Assembly (NCBI GenBank): GCA_965227515.1
Contig: CBDDFZ010000001.1
Location: 2,656,001 to 2,720,000, forward strand
DNA from: Alphaproteobacteria bacterium
Lineage (GTDB): Bacteria; Pseudomonadota; Alphaproteobacteria; CALKHQ01
Reading direction: 5' to 3'
Length of the DNA: 64,000 nucleotides
Under the pieces are notes generated by a model, which had not been told where the DNA came from, did not search any database, and saw nothing but the letters and a program-made list of their open reading frames with translations. Made by a program: the position numbers and the translations under genes. The stretch's first letter is position 1; every line of letters begins with the position of its first letter. Shown here one piece after another: positions 9,198 to 18,265 of the stretch.

Positions 9198-9307
9198 GGC
9201 TCAGCTCTGGCCCTGCCTGCCCCCAATGTTGCCGGTGCAATGCCGCGGTCCCCGTACCTCTCGAACATAACCGGCGCGTAATGCGCAGCATAACTATCTT
9301 CAGGCTG

Positions 9308-9649
9308 CTAGCCCATACGCATTCCGCCCGGCCCGCCGCCCGGACCACCGCCCAGGCCACCCAGGCCGGACAGATGGTTGAGGAGCTGCTGGCACTTCTC
9401 TTCAACCGCGGCCACCCCGGCCCGCAGCGGCGCCAGATCCTGGTCGCGCAGTGCCTGCAGCACCTGGTCGACCGACGCGCCGCCCGCATTCGCCGTCTTG
9501 CCGTCGTCGTCGACCAGTTCCACTTCCTTCGCGGCCGCGACCAGGATGGCGTGGGCCACCCAGGTTCCGACCGACACGCCCTGGCGCTGCGCCGCGATCT
9601 CCGCCGCCTTGGCGGCCTCCGCCGGAATTTCGACGCTTTGGCTAGTCAT
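9308..9649 (-). CDS. Small protein with a PodJ-N-terminus/RHH-like motif and a short coiled coil
   Basis: EIPAEAAKAAEIAAQRQGVSVGTWVAHAI, then LAPLRAGVAAVEEKCQQL. Confidence 0.65.
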   Translation of the reverse strand: MTSQSVEIPAEAAKAAEIAAQRQGVSVGTWVAHAILVAAAKEVELVDDDGKTANAGGASVDQVLQALRDQDLAPLRAGVAAVEEKCQQLLNHLSGLGGLGGGPGGGPGGMRMG

Positions 9650-9727
9650 GTCACGCTCCGTTCTCGCTGACACCGTCAGCGCCTGTTTATCGTTGATGGC
9701 CCGCTATCTGGGCGAAATTGTGCCGCG

Positions 9728-11140
9728 CTATCCCTCGCTGGCACCGCCACCGGCCGACCCGGCGCGCCGATCGAGCATTTCGACGATCGCGTTCAGGTCG
9801 TCCTCGTTCTGGTAGCGAATGGTGATGTCGCCGCCGCGCCGCCGCGGCTTGATGGCGACCGCGCGGCCAAGCGCGCGGCCGATGCGGGATTCCTTCTCCA
9901 CAACGGTGGGCGGCTTGGCCTTGGCGGCCTGGATTTTCGCGGCCCCCGGAGTAGGCCCCTCCGCAGAACCCCGGGCCAGCGCCTCGGCCTGGCGGACCGA
10001 CAGGCCCTCGGCGACGATGCGCTCCGCCATCGCCTGCGGGTCGGCGGCATTGACCAGGACACGCGCGTGCCCGGCCGACAGCCGGCCATCGTCGATCATC
10101 TCCTGCACGGAGTCGGGCAGGCGCAACAGCCGCACCATGTGGCCGATATAGCTGCGGCTCTTGCCGATTTTGCGCGCCATGTCGTCCTGGCTCAGGCCGA
10201 ATTCGGTGATCAGGCGCTGGAAGCCCGCGGCCTCTTCCAGCGCGGTCAGGTCGGTGCGCTGCAGGTTCTCGACCAGGCTGATCTCGGCCGCTTCCGCCTC
10301 GGCGGCGTCGTGGACCACAACCGGCACGTCGCTGAGGCCGGCCTGCTGTGCCGCGCGCCAGCGCCGTTCGCCGGCGATGATGTCGACCTTGTCGGAGCCG
10401 GGCCGTGGGCGGACGACGATGGGCTGCAAGATGCCGTGGCTGCGAATGGACTCCGCCAGTTCGTCGAGTTGTCCGGTATCGAACCGGCGGCGCGGCTGGC
10501 TGCTGCCGGGCTGCAGTCGGTCGACCGGCATCCGGGTGGGCGTGTCGCCAGCCTTGGCGGCCGGCGGTTGCGGAGGTTCGACAGGTGCGTCCGGCGTCGT
10601 CGCTGCGGCAGGCGGTTGGGGCGGAGCCGGTTGAGGTGGCGCTGCCGGCGTTGGTTTCGCTGCGGGTGTCAGTGTCAGCCTTGGGCCGGGCTCCTTGCCA
10701 TCGCCCTCGCGTCGTGCGGCGCTGGTGACCTTCAGGCGCAAACGCTCCAAAGCGCCGACCGCGCGTGCCGTCTCCTCATCCGATGTGGCGGGGTCCGACG
10801 CGGCGGGCTCCAAAGTTGCGGGGTCCGATGTGGCGGGCGGGGTGTCCGGAGCGCCGGGCGCGGCCTCGTTGACCTCGGCAGCGGTTATGTCTGCCGCACC
10901 TGGCGTTTGCTCTGCCTCGTCACCAGCGTGCGGTGCATCGCTGGCATCGTCGGCGGCGACCTCGGTAACGTCCTGGCCAGCGCTTTCCGCGGCCTCCGGT
11001 TCCGCGCTCGAAACCTGGTCTTCATCTGCCGCGCTGCTCGACGTCGGCTGATGGATCAGGCTGACCAGCCAGTCATCGGCGTCTACCTGGGGCGACTTGC
11101 CGCTGCCGGCAGGTCCAGGGGGGTCGTTCTCAGGCGCCAC
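9728..11140 (-). CDS. parB: ParB/Spo0J family protein with a ~200-aa disordered N-terminal extension
   Basis: QPRRRFD...L.ELAESI..HGILQPIVVR, IIAGERRWRAA (CTPase), LVENLQR.DL and HTH SQDDMARKIGKSRSYI. Confidence 0.88.
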   Translation of the reverse strand: MAPENDPPGPAGSGKSPQVDADDWLVSLIHQPTSSSAADEDQVSSAEPEAAESAGQDVTEVAADDASDAPHAGDEAEQTPGAADITAAEVNEAAPGAPDTPPATSDPATLEPAASDPATSDEETARAVGALERLRLKVTSAARREGDGKEPGPRLTLTPAAKPTPAAPPQPAPPQPPAAATTPDAPVEPPQPPAAKAGDTPTRMPVDRLQPGSSQPRRRFDTGQLDELAESIRSHGILQPIVVRPRPGSDKVDIIAGERRWRAAQQAGLSDVPVVVHDAAEAEAAEISLVENLQRTDLTALEEAAGFQRLITEFGLSQDDMARKIGKSRSYIGHMVRLLRLPDSVQEMIDDGRLSAGHARVLVNAADPQAMAERIVAEGLSVRQAEALARGSAEGPTPGAAKIQAAKAKPPTVVEKESRIGRALGRAVAIKPRRRGGDITIRYQNEDDLNAIVEMLDRRAGSAGGGASEG

Positions 11141-11334
11141 GGTCGGATCTCCATTGGCAATGACCGGGCGCCCCGGCGGACGCCGAGGAAGGCGGGCGTC
11201 CCTGGGGGGACATCGGGGCGACGGTCCCGGCCGCGATCAGGCGGCCGACCACATCTTTTGGTGCATTGTCGCATGGATAGTCAATTGGTTGCGGGGGAGG
11301 GCGGCTCAGCCTATGTATGCGCGAAGCGCATCGC

Positions 11335-11409
11335 TGGGGTGTGGCCAAGCGGTTAAGGCACCGGTTTTTGGTACCGGCATCGCAGGTTCGAATCCTGCCA
11401 CCCCAGCCA
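11335..11409 (+). tRNA. tRNA-Gln(TTG)
   Basis: Acceptor stem TGGGGTG...CACCCCA-GCCA; D-loop GCCAAGCGGTTAAGGC; anticodon arm CCGGT-TTTTGGT-ACCGG; T-loop GGTTCGAATCC; CCA end encoded. Confidence 0.97.
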
Positions 11410-11455
11410 ATCGCGGCAGCGCCAGCGCGACGCCGCGCGCCAACTTAACGGGTGG

Positions 11456-11857
11456 CTAAATCCCCAGGCGCTTGGCCAGCGCGCGCAGATAGCGCCGGTC
11501 TGCATCGGTGAAGTCGCCCTCCTCGATATCGACCTTGTAGTCCTCCAGTTCCTCGCGGGTCTCGTCGGACACGTCGGCGGCCTGCAACTGCTCGATCAAC
11601 GCCAGGTCCTCGTCCGCCGATGCCGGGTCGATGGGGGTCGGCCCCTCGTAGTCGTCGTCATCGTCGTCGTCGGCGTAGTCGTCGTCATCATCATCGTCGT
11701 CGTCGCCGGGCGCAGGCACCAGCAGCATGTCCCAGGAGACGCCGGTCTCCTTGATCTGGGCGTCGATGGAGCGGGCGGCGGCCAGCGCCTCCTCGTCGCT
11801 CTCGCTGCCCAGTTGTTCCAGCAAGCCGATAAAGGCCTCGCGTTCGATATCGGCCAT
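11456..11857 (-). CDS. Hypothetical acidic protein (two small helical domains joined by a poly-Asp linker)
   Basis: Clean ORF with high-GC3 codons; run DDDDDDDDDYADDDDDDDY. Confidence 0.7.
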   Translation of the reverse strand: MADIEREAFIGLLEQLGSESDEEALAAARSIDAQIKETGVSWDMLLVPAPGDDDDDDDDDYADDDDDDDYEGPTPIDPASADEDLALIEQLQAADVSDETREELEDYKVDIEEGDFTDADRRYLRALAKRLGI

Positions 11858-12025
11858 CAATGTCTCCGATCAGGTCCTTGAGGATGGTGCACGGCGCGGC
11901 GCGTGACTGCGGTCACATGCGTCTGCTCGCATGGCGGTGCAATATGGTGCAGATGTTGACGGCGCCGCAATGGCTGAGCCTGTTGGCGATGCAATTTCCG
12001 CGGGTGCGACGTATAAGGTGCGGCC

Positions 12026-13054
12026 ATGGCCGACGCAATGACACCATTCCAGGAAAGCGTGCGCGCACCGATCGATCTCCCACTTTCGGTGGCGCCGATG
12101 ATGGACTGGACCGACCGGCACGACCGCTATTTGCTGCGGTGCCTCAGCCGGCGCACCAAGCTCTACACCGAGATGGTGACCACCGGCGCCGTACTGCACG
12201 GCAACCGCGACCGGTTGCTGGCCATCGATCCGGCCGAACACCCGGTGGCGCTGCAACTCGGCGGCAGCGACCCGCCCGATCTGGCCGAATGCGCGCGCAT
12301 CGGTGCCGGCTACGGCTATGACGAGATCAACCTGAACGTTGGCTGCCCGTCCGACCGGGTGCAGTCCGGCCGCTTCGGCGCTTGCCTGATGGCGGAACCG
12401 GCGCTGGTGGCGGAATGCGTGGCGGCGATGCAGGCGGCCACCGACGTGCCGGTGACCGTGAAGCACAGGCTTGGCATCGACGACCAGGACGAGGAGGCGA
12501 GCCTGAACCGGTTCGTCGATACGGTGGCCGACGCCGGCTGCCGGCACTTCATCGTGCATGCGCGCAAGGCGTGGCTTTCGGGCCTCAGCCCGAAGCAGAA
12601 CCGCGACGTGCCGCCGCTGCGCTATGAACTGGTGGCGGCACTCAAGCGCCGCCGGCCCGACCTGTTCGTCGTGCTGAACGGCGGGGTGACGTCGCTGGAG
12701 GCGGCGAAGGCGCATCTGGCGGAGGTCGATGGCGTGATGATCGGCCGCGCGGCCTATCAGGAGCCCTACATCCTGGCGGCCGCCGACCGCGAAATCTTCG
12801 GCGACCACGCGCCCGCGCCGAGCCGCCACGAGGTGCTGGCGCGCATGGCCGACTACGCGGAACGGCAGGTCCCGCTGGGTGTTCCACTGAAGTCGATCGC
12901 CCGCCACATGACCGGGCTGTTCAATGGGCTGCCCGGCGCGCGCGCCTATCGCCGGCGGCTGAACGACCTGATGCAATCCCGCGATGCCGACAGCCGTGCG
13001 CTGCTCGCGGCCGCGGCCCATATCGACGAGAACGCCCACGCGGCCGCGGCATGA
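12026..13054 (+). CDS. dusA: tRNA dihydrouridine(20/20a) synthase DusA
   Basis: SVAPMMDWTDRH, QLGGSDP, NLNVGCPSDRVQSGRFGACLM, VHARKAWLSGLSPKQNR and GVMIGRAAY motifs. Confidence 0.95.
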   Translation: MADAMTPFQESVRAPIDLPLSVAPMMDWTDRHDRYLLRCLSRRTKLYTEMVTTGAVLHGNRDRLLAIDPAEHPVALQLGGSDPPDLAECARIGAGYGYDEINLNVGCPSDRVQSGRFGACLMAEPALVAECVAAMQAATDVPVTVKHRLGIDDQDEEASLNRFVDTVADAGCRHFIVHARKAWLSGLSPKQNRDVPPLRYELVAALKRRRPDLFVVLNGGVTSLEAAKAHLAEVDGVMIGRAAYQEPYILAAADREIFGDHAPAPSRHEVLARMADYAERQVPLGVPLKSIARHMTGLFNGLPGARAYRRRLNDLMQSRDADSRALLAAAAHIDENAHAAAA

Positions 13055-13097
13055 TTTCTGCCTGTGGCCGTCTGGACCGCCATATTTGGAGGATAAC

Positions 13098-13808
13098 GTG
13101 TCGGAAACCCTGAATGGACGCCACTTCGTGGTGACCGGCGGCAGCGGCGCGCTGGGCTATGCGGTCGTGCAGCGCCTGGTTGACGCCGGGGCGACCTGCT
13201 ACGTGCCGTGCCGCGAGACGGCGGTGCCGGACTATCTGGCCGCTCTGGGCGCCCAGGCGGTGATCGCGACCGATATCGACCTGACCGACCAGGCACAGGT
13301 CGATGCCTATTATGGCGACCTTCCCGGCCTTTGGGCCTCGATCCAGATTGCCGGCGGGTTCGCCATGGCAGGCATCGCGAAGAGTGGCGCGGACCTGGTG
13401 CACCAGCAGTTCGCGATGAACGCGCTGTCGTGCATGCTGAGCTGCCGGGCCGCAGTGGTGCGGATGCGCGCCGACGACACCTATCACGGGGGGCGGCTGG
13501 TCAATATCGCGGCACGTCCGGCGCTGGAGCCGCGCAGCGGCGCGAACATGACCGCCTACACCGCCTCCAAGGCGGCAGTGGCCGGGTTCACGCAGGCACT
13601 GGCGGCGGAACTGAGCGACGACGGCATCAACGTCAACGCGGTGGCGCCGTCCATTCTGGACACGCCGGCCAACCGCGCGGCGATGCCGAAGGCCGATCAT
13701 GGCTCGTGGTTGAGCCTGGACGACGCGGCGGACCTGATCATGTTCCTGGCCTCGCCAGCCAACGCGGCCGGCAGCGGGGCGGTCATCCCCATGTACGCGC
13801 GCGCCTGA
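13098..13808 (+). CDS. SDR family oxidoreductase
   Basis: TGGSGALG, YTASK and VNAVAPSILDTPANR motifs; GGAGG RBS before GTG 13098. Confidence 0.88.
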   Translation: MSETLNGRHFVVTGGSGALGYAVVQRLVDAGATCYVPCRETAVPDYLAALGAQAVIATDIDLTDQAQVDAYYGDLPGLWASIQIAGGFAMAGIAKSGADLVHQQFAMNALSCMLSCRAAVVRMRADDTYHGGRLVNIAARPALEPRSGANMTAYTASKAAVAGFTQALAAELSDDGINVNAVAPSILDTPANRAAMPKADHGSWLSLDDAADLIMFLASPANAAGSGAVIPMYARA

Positions 13809-13906
13809 GTACCGACCCGTAGCCGGGCCGAACGTGTGAATAGCAGATCAAGCAGATGATATTGTCAGGCGCCGCCCGGGTGCCCTCACATTGCGAGAAG
13901 GCGTCG

Positions 13907-14374
13907 ATGGACGCGGGACAGAACGACCTGTCGAGTCTGAAATCGGGCATCAACATGCAGGCCGCGGCCTATTACCGGGGCTTGTGCGACGCTCATGGCC
14001 AGCCAGGGCGCCAGCATGTGCGGCCCGAGGACATGGTGCCGTTCCTGTCCCACGTCATCCTGATCGATGTGCTGCGCGACCCGCTGGACTTCCGATATCG
14101 TGTCGTCGGCTCCTATTACTGGGAGTTCTGGCAATCCAATCCCACCGGCAAGCGCATGTCGGAAGTGCCGGGGCAGGGACCGGGCAGCCGCATCTGGCAG
14201 CGGCTGGAGGGGGTGGTGCGCAACAAGCGCCCTGTCAGCACCGACATTCCCTATGTCGGGCCGAAGCGGAACATCTTCACCGCCGAGGACTGCGTGATGC
14301 CGCTGGCCGGCGACGGCGTGCATGTCGACATGATCATGGTCACGTGCGAGTACCTGTCGCGCATTGAAGAGTAG
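13907..14374 (+). CDS. Stand-alone PAS-like (PAS_5-type) domain protein
   Basis: P....L..V.LIDV......FRYRVVGS.......TGK...E...MPL...G..V pattern. Confidence 0.75.
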   Translation: MDAGQNDLSSLKSGINMQAAAYYRGLCDAHGQPGRQHVRPEDMVPFLSHVILIDVLRDPLDFRYRVVGSYYWEFWQSNPTGKRMSEVPGQGPGSRIWQRLEGVVRNKRPVSTDIPYVGPKRNIFTAEDCVMPLAGDGVHVDMIMVTCEYLSRIEE

Positions 14375-14406
14375 GCTGCGGGCGTTCCAGTGCTAATAGT
14401 GCGCCC

Positions 14407-16905
14407 ATGATCGGCGTTTCCGACATCATCATGGTGATCGCGAGCCTGCTGCTCGTGGCCGGCATGCTGCAGTTCTTCGCTCAGCGGATGAACGTGCCGC
14501 ATACCGTGCTGCTGGCGGCGGCGGGCCTAGTGGTGGGGTTCCTGGCGCTGTGGTCGCTGGCTGCCGAGGAGCCATGGTTGGCCGGCGAGCTGTTGGCCTA
14601 TGTCGTGGCGTTCGAGATATCGTCCGAGACGTTCATCGACATTTTCGTGCCGACGCTGCTGTTCCAGGCGGCACTGACTATTTCGGCCCGCCGGCTGCTG
14701 GACGATATCGGCCCGATCTTCGTGCTGTCGGTCGTGGCAGTGGTGGTCAGCACGCTGGCCATCGGCTACGGGCTTGCCGCGGCTTCCGAAATCGCACTGA
14801 CCGTGTGCCTTCTGATCGGCGCCATTGTCGCCACCACCGATCCATCGGCGGTGGTCGGCCTGTTCCGCGATACCGGCGCGCCGCAGCGCCTGGGCATTCT
14901 GATCGAGGGCGAGAGCATCCTGAACGATGCGGCGGCGATTGCGCTGTTCGGCATCTTCCTGGAACTCCTGCTGTTCCAGACGCTGCCGGACCCGGGCAGC
15001 ATCGCGCTCGCCTTCTCCTACGACGTCATCGGCGGGCTGGCGGTCGGCCTGATCGGGGCCTGGTTCGCCTGCTTGGTGCTGGCGCGCCTGCACGGCATCG
15101 CGCTGGCCGAGGTGACGGTGACCGTGGCCCTCGCCTACATGGTCTATGTCGCCGCCGAGCATTATGTCGACGCGTCCGGCGTGGTCGCGGTGGTCACGGC
15201 CGGCTTCTTTATCGGCTGGTATGGCCGCACCCGGATCGGCCCGGACAGTTGGGATTACCTGAACCGGGTCTGGAGCCAGCTCAGCTATTGGGCGAGCGCC
15301 CTGGTCTTCCTGCTGGCGGCGATGTCGATGCCGCGCCGCATGGTCGATGTCGGCTGGCACGACGTCATCCTGCTGCTGGTGGTGATCGGCTGCGCGTTCG
15401 CGGCGCGAGGCGCTGTGCTGGTGACGTTCTTCCCGATCCTGGCCCGCCTCGGCTGGAGCCAGCATGTCAGCCCCGGCTACATGGCCGCGATCTGGTGGGG
15501 CGGGGTGCGCGGCGCGCTGACCCTGGCATTGGCGCTGGCCGTGACCGAGCATCCGCAGCTCGATGCCCACGGCGATGTCCGCGCCACGGTGGCGACGCTG
15601 GCCACCGGGTTCGTGCTCTTCACCCTGTTCGTCAATGCCACGACCCTGCCGGTGGTGATGCGCTGGCTGAAGCTCGACAGGCTGAACCGTGCCGACCAGA
15701 TCGTGCGCGATCGCGCGATTGAGCTGGCGCTGGAAAAGGCGGGCAGGGACCTGGAGGATGTTGCCGAGCAATACCGCTTCGAGGGCGATCTGCTGGACCG
15801 GGAGGCCGACCGCCTGCGCAAGCGTCGCGATGCGTTGCGCGAGGCGGAGACGCCGACCTCGGCCCTGAGCGTCGACGACCAGGTCTATGTCGGGCTTTCG
15901 GCGCTGGTGGCGGCGGAGGGAGAGCTGTACCGCGCGCACTTCAGCGACCAGATCCTGTCGCGCTACGCCAACCGCACGCTGACCACCTTCGTGGCGCGGC
16001 TGTCGGATGCGACCAAGACCGGCCATATGGAGGGCTATCGCACGGCGGCGGAACGTGTCCTGGAACTCAGCCCGTGGCTGCGGCCGGCGAGTTTCGTGCA
16101 TCGGCATCTGCGCCTCGGCGCGCCGCTGGCCTATGCGCTGGCACGCCGGTACGAGTTGCTGCGCGCGCTCAGGATCGGGCTGCTGGACGTGATCGCGCTC
16201 AGCCGGGAGCGGGTGGCATCGCTGGTGGGCGAGGCGGCGGTGAAGGAGATCGCCGCGGTGCTGCAGCACCGCTATGAGGACGTGCAGTCGGCGCTGATGG
16301 CCATCGAGCTGCAGTATCCGGAATACACCCAGCATGCGAAGACCGAGCAGTTGCGCCGGATCGCGCTCAGGTTCGAGGAACGCGCCTATCGCCGCCTGTT
16401 CGAGGACTCCATCGTCGGGCAGGATGTGTTCGACGCCTTGCAGCGGGAATGGCGCAAGCGGTGGGCGCGGTCGCAGCGCCGGGTGCGGCTCGACGTCATG
16501 CCGCCGACGGCGGAGCTGGTGGCCCGCGTGCCGCTGTTCCAGGGGCTGACCCAGGCGCAGCGCCTGTCGCTGACCGCCCTGTTGCGCGCCCGCCTGGCGA
16601 TGCCGAACGAGGCGCTGGTCAATCGCGGCGACCGTGGGGACTCGATGTTCTTCGTGCTGTCGGGCACGGTCGAGGTGCGCAACCGGGCGAACGTCATCGA
16701 ACTCGGCGCCGGCGACTTTTTTGGCGAGATCGCGCTGATGCTGCGCGAGCGGCGCACCGCCGACGTGGTGGCGACGGGCTATTGCGAGTTGCTGGAGCTG
16801 CGCGGGCCCGATTTTCGCGGGTTCCTGAGCGGCCATCCCGATCTGGAGGCGGAAATTCTGGATACGGCCCGCGCCCGCCTGCGCGAGAACCTGGCGTCGC
16901 AATGA
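14407..16905 (+). CDS. CPA1 Na+/H+ antiporter with a C-terminal cyclic-nucleotide-binding domain
   Basis: ATTDPSAVV, IEGESILNDAAAI and WGGVRGAL motifs; cNMP domain GDSMFFVLSG.VEV...GDFFGEIAL....RTA.V.A. Confidence 0.9.
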   Translation: MIGVSDIIMVIASLLLVAGMLQFFAQRMNVPHTVLLAAAGLVVGFLALWSLAAEEPWLAGELLAYVVAFEISSETFIDIFVPTLLFQAALTISARRLLDDIGPIFVLSVVAVVVSTLAIGYGLAAASEIALTVCLLIGAIVATTDPSAVVGLFRDTGAPQRLGILIEGESILNDAAAIALFGIFLELLLFQTLPDPGSIALAFSYDVIGGLAVGLIGAWFACLVLARLHGIALAEVTVTVALAYMVYVAAEHYVDASGVVAVVTAGFFIGWYGRTRIGPDSWDYLNRVWSQLSYWASALVFLLAAMSMPRRMVDVGWHDVILLLVVIGCAFAARGAVLVTFFPILARLGWSQHVSPGYMAAIWWGGVRGALTLALALAVTEHPQLDAHGDVRATVATLATGFVLFTLFVNATTLPVVMRWLKLDRLNRADQIVRDRAIELALEKAGRDLEDVAEQYRFEGDLLDREADRLRKRRDALREAETPTSALSVDDQVYVGLSALVAAEGELYRAHFSDQILSRYANRTLTTFVARLSDATKTGHMEGYRTAAERVLELSPWLRPASFVHRHLRLGAPLAYALARRYELLRALRIGLLDVIALSRERVASLVGEAAVKEIAAVLQHRYEDVQSALMAIELQYPEYTQHAKTEQLRRIALRFEERAYRRLFEDSIVGQDVFDALQREWRKRWARSQRRVRLDVMPPTAELVARVPLFQGLTQAQRLSLTALLRARLAMPNEALVNRGDRGDSMFFVLSGTVEVRNRANVIELGAGDFFGEIALMLRERRTADVVATGYCELLELRGPDFRGFLSGHPDLEAEILDTARARLRENLASQ

Positions 16906-17044
16906 CCCGTGCGAAGACCTGCAACAAACGGCCGACCTCGGCCCCGCGCATGGCAGCTATGCAGCAACTTCCTTTCCTGACAGGACTGTCCTATATCAAG
17001 GCTAATTGCGAAAGAGACGCATCCGCAACAACTGGAACCCGAGC

Positions 17045-17602
17045 ATGGACACGCTGACCGCCCTGATCACCCGCACCAGCACGCCGAAACTGGGCGACCC
17101 GGCGCCGTCCAGGGAGCATATCGACACCATGCTGCGCGCCGCGGTGCGCGCGCCGGACCACGGCAAGCTGAAGCCCTGGGAGTTCCTGGTGGTTGAGGGC
17201 GACGCCCGCGTGCGGCTGGGTGAGGTGATGGCCGAGGCGCTGCTGGCGCGCGAGCCGGAGGCGCCGCCGCAACTGGTGGAGAAGGAGCGCACCAAATGCT
17301 GCCGCGCCCCGACGATCCTGGTGGTGGTTGCCAAGGTGACGCCGGACCACCCGAAGATCCCGGTGGTCGAGCAGGTGCTGTCCGCCGGCTGTGCCGCCCA
17401 GAACATCCATCTCGCCGCGCATCACATGGGTTATGGGTGCATCTGGCGGACCGGCGCACCGGCACGCGACCCCAAGGTCAAGGCGGCCCTGGGTCTGGCG
17501 GAAATCGACGAGATCGTCGGGTTCATGTATCTCGGCACCGCGCAAGCGGAGATGCCGGTGCGCGAGATCGACGCCGCGGAACACACGCGGGTCTGGCCGT
17601 AG
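17045..17602 (+). CDS. Nitroreductase family protein (YdjA-like)
   Basis: TRTS, RAPDHGKLKPWEF, AAQNI.LAA...GYG.IWRTG and IVGFMYLG motifs. Confidence 0.9.
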   Translation: MDTLTALITRTSTPKLGDPAPSREHIDTMLRAAVRAPDHGKLKPWEFLVVEGDARVRLGEVMAEALLAREPEAPPQLVEKERTKCCRAPTILVVVAKVTPDHPKIPVVEQVLSAGCAAQNIHLAAHHMGYGCIWRTGAPARDPKVKAALGLAEIDEIVGFMYLGTAQAEMPVREIDAAEHTRVWP

Positions 17603-17609
17603 GCTTCGG

Positions 17610-18155
17610 CTAGGTTTCGGCCAGGGCTTGGCGCTCCATGGCCAGCGCGCGGGGGCGCTCGGCACGCGGCAGGCCGTCGTCGCGCGCGATGTCGACGTCG
17701 ACCCCGCCAAGAATCATGGTGACGCGGCCGTCCTGGATCAGCGGCAGCAGCAGGCGCCGAAACGTCCACTCCACGCCGCGCCTGGACCGGGAGCGGTTCT
17801 CCGCATAGACCGGCCGCTGCAGGTCCCGGCACCGGTTGAAGTCTGCGCGTATCTCCGCCTCCTGCTCGCGCAGGTCGGCTTGCGCCAGGGTTCTGCCGGT
17901 GAAGTCGTCGCCATACTTGTTGGCAAGCTCGGTGCCGACCAGGCGAAAGACATAGGCGTCAGGGGCGTCGGAGTCCCAGACAACATCGACCAGCTTGATG
18001 ATCGGCAGCAGCCCGGGCGCGATGTCGGTGGGGTCGATGTCGGCGCGCGAGATCGGCCGCCCCAGCCGTTCGGCGAGGCCATGCCAGTAGTCGTAGAGTT
18101 CCTCCAGTCGTTCGGAGCGAAGGTCTGCGGGTTTCAGGTCGTCCGCGTGCGTCAT
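17610..18155 (-). CDS. Stand-alone PAS-like (PAS_5-type) domain protein
   Basis: LYDYW, R.DIDP.DI...LLP, FRLVGT and RLLLPL...G.V.MILG motifs. Confidence 0.8.
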   Translation of the reverse strand: MTHADDLKPADLRSERLEELYDYWHGLAERLGRPISRADIDPTDIAPGLLPIIKLVDVVWDSDAPDAYVFRLVGTELANKYGDDFTGRTLAQADLREQEAEIRADFNRCRDLQRPVYAENRSRSRRGVEWTFRRLLLPLIQDGRVTMILGGVDVDIARDDGLPRAERPRALAMERQALAET

Positions 18156-18265
18156 GTCCTGCCGTGCAACTGGGGGCGCCGGCGGGCATGTTCATTTTTC
18201 TTGGATAATAATTGGTTAAGCGGCTCCGGCCGCACGGCGCGGAGCTTCGGCCGTGGCGGATGGCG

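Noticed and set aside
9728-11334. parS site near the orphan parB
   Set aside because: No GTTTCACGTGAAAC-like palindrome was found by eye.
11335-13054. Integrative element at tRNA-Gln or dusA
   Set aside because: Both are known insertion targets, but no integrase, duplicated 3' tRNA fragment or compositional shift is visible.
14527-16902. Long antisense or alternate-frame ORFs (also 6960-9053, 30851-32887, 35309-37294, 46484-48259, 50601-52337, 53183-55234)
   Set aside because: These are shadow ORFs typical of high-GC DNA: they overlap well-supported genes, are mostly Arg/Gly/His-rich, and carry no recognisable motifs.
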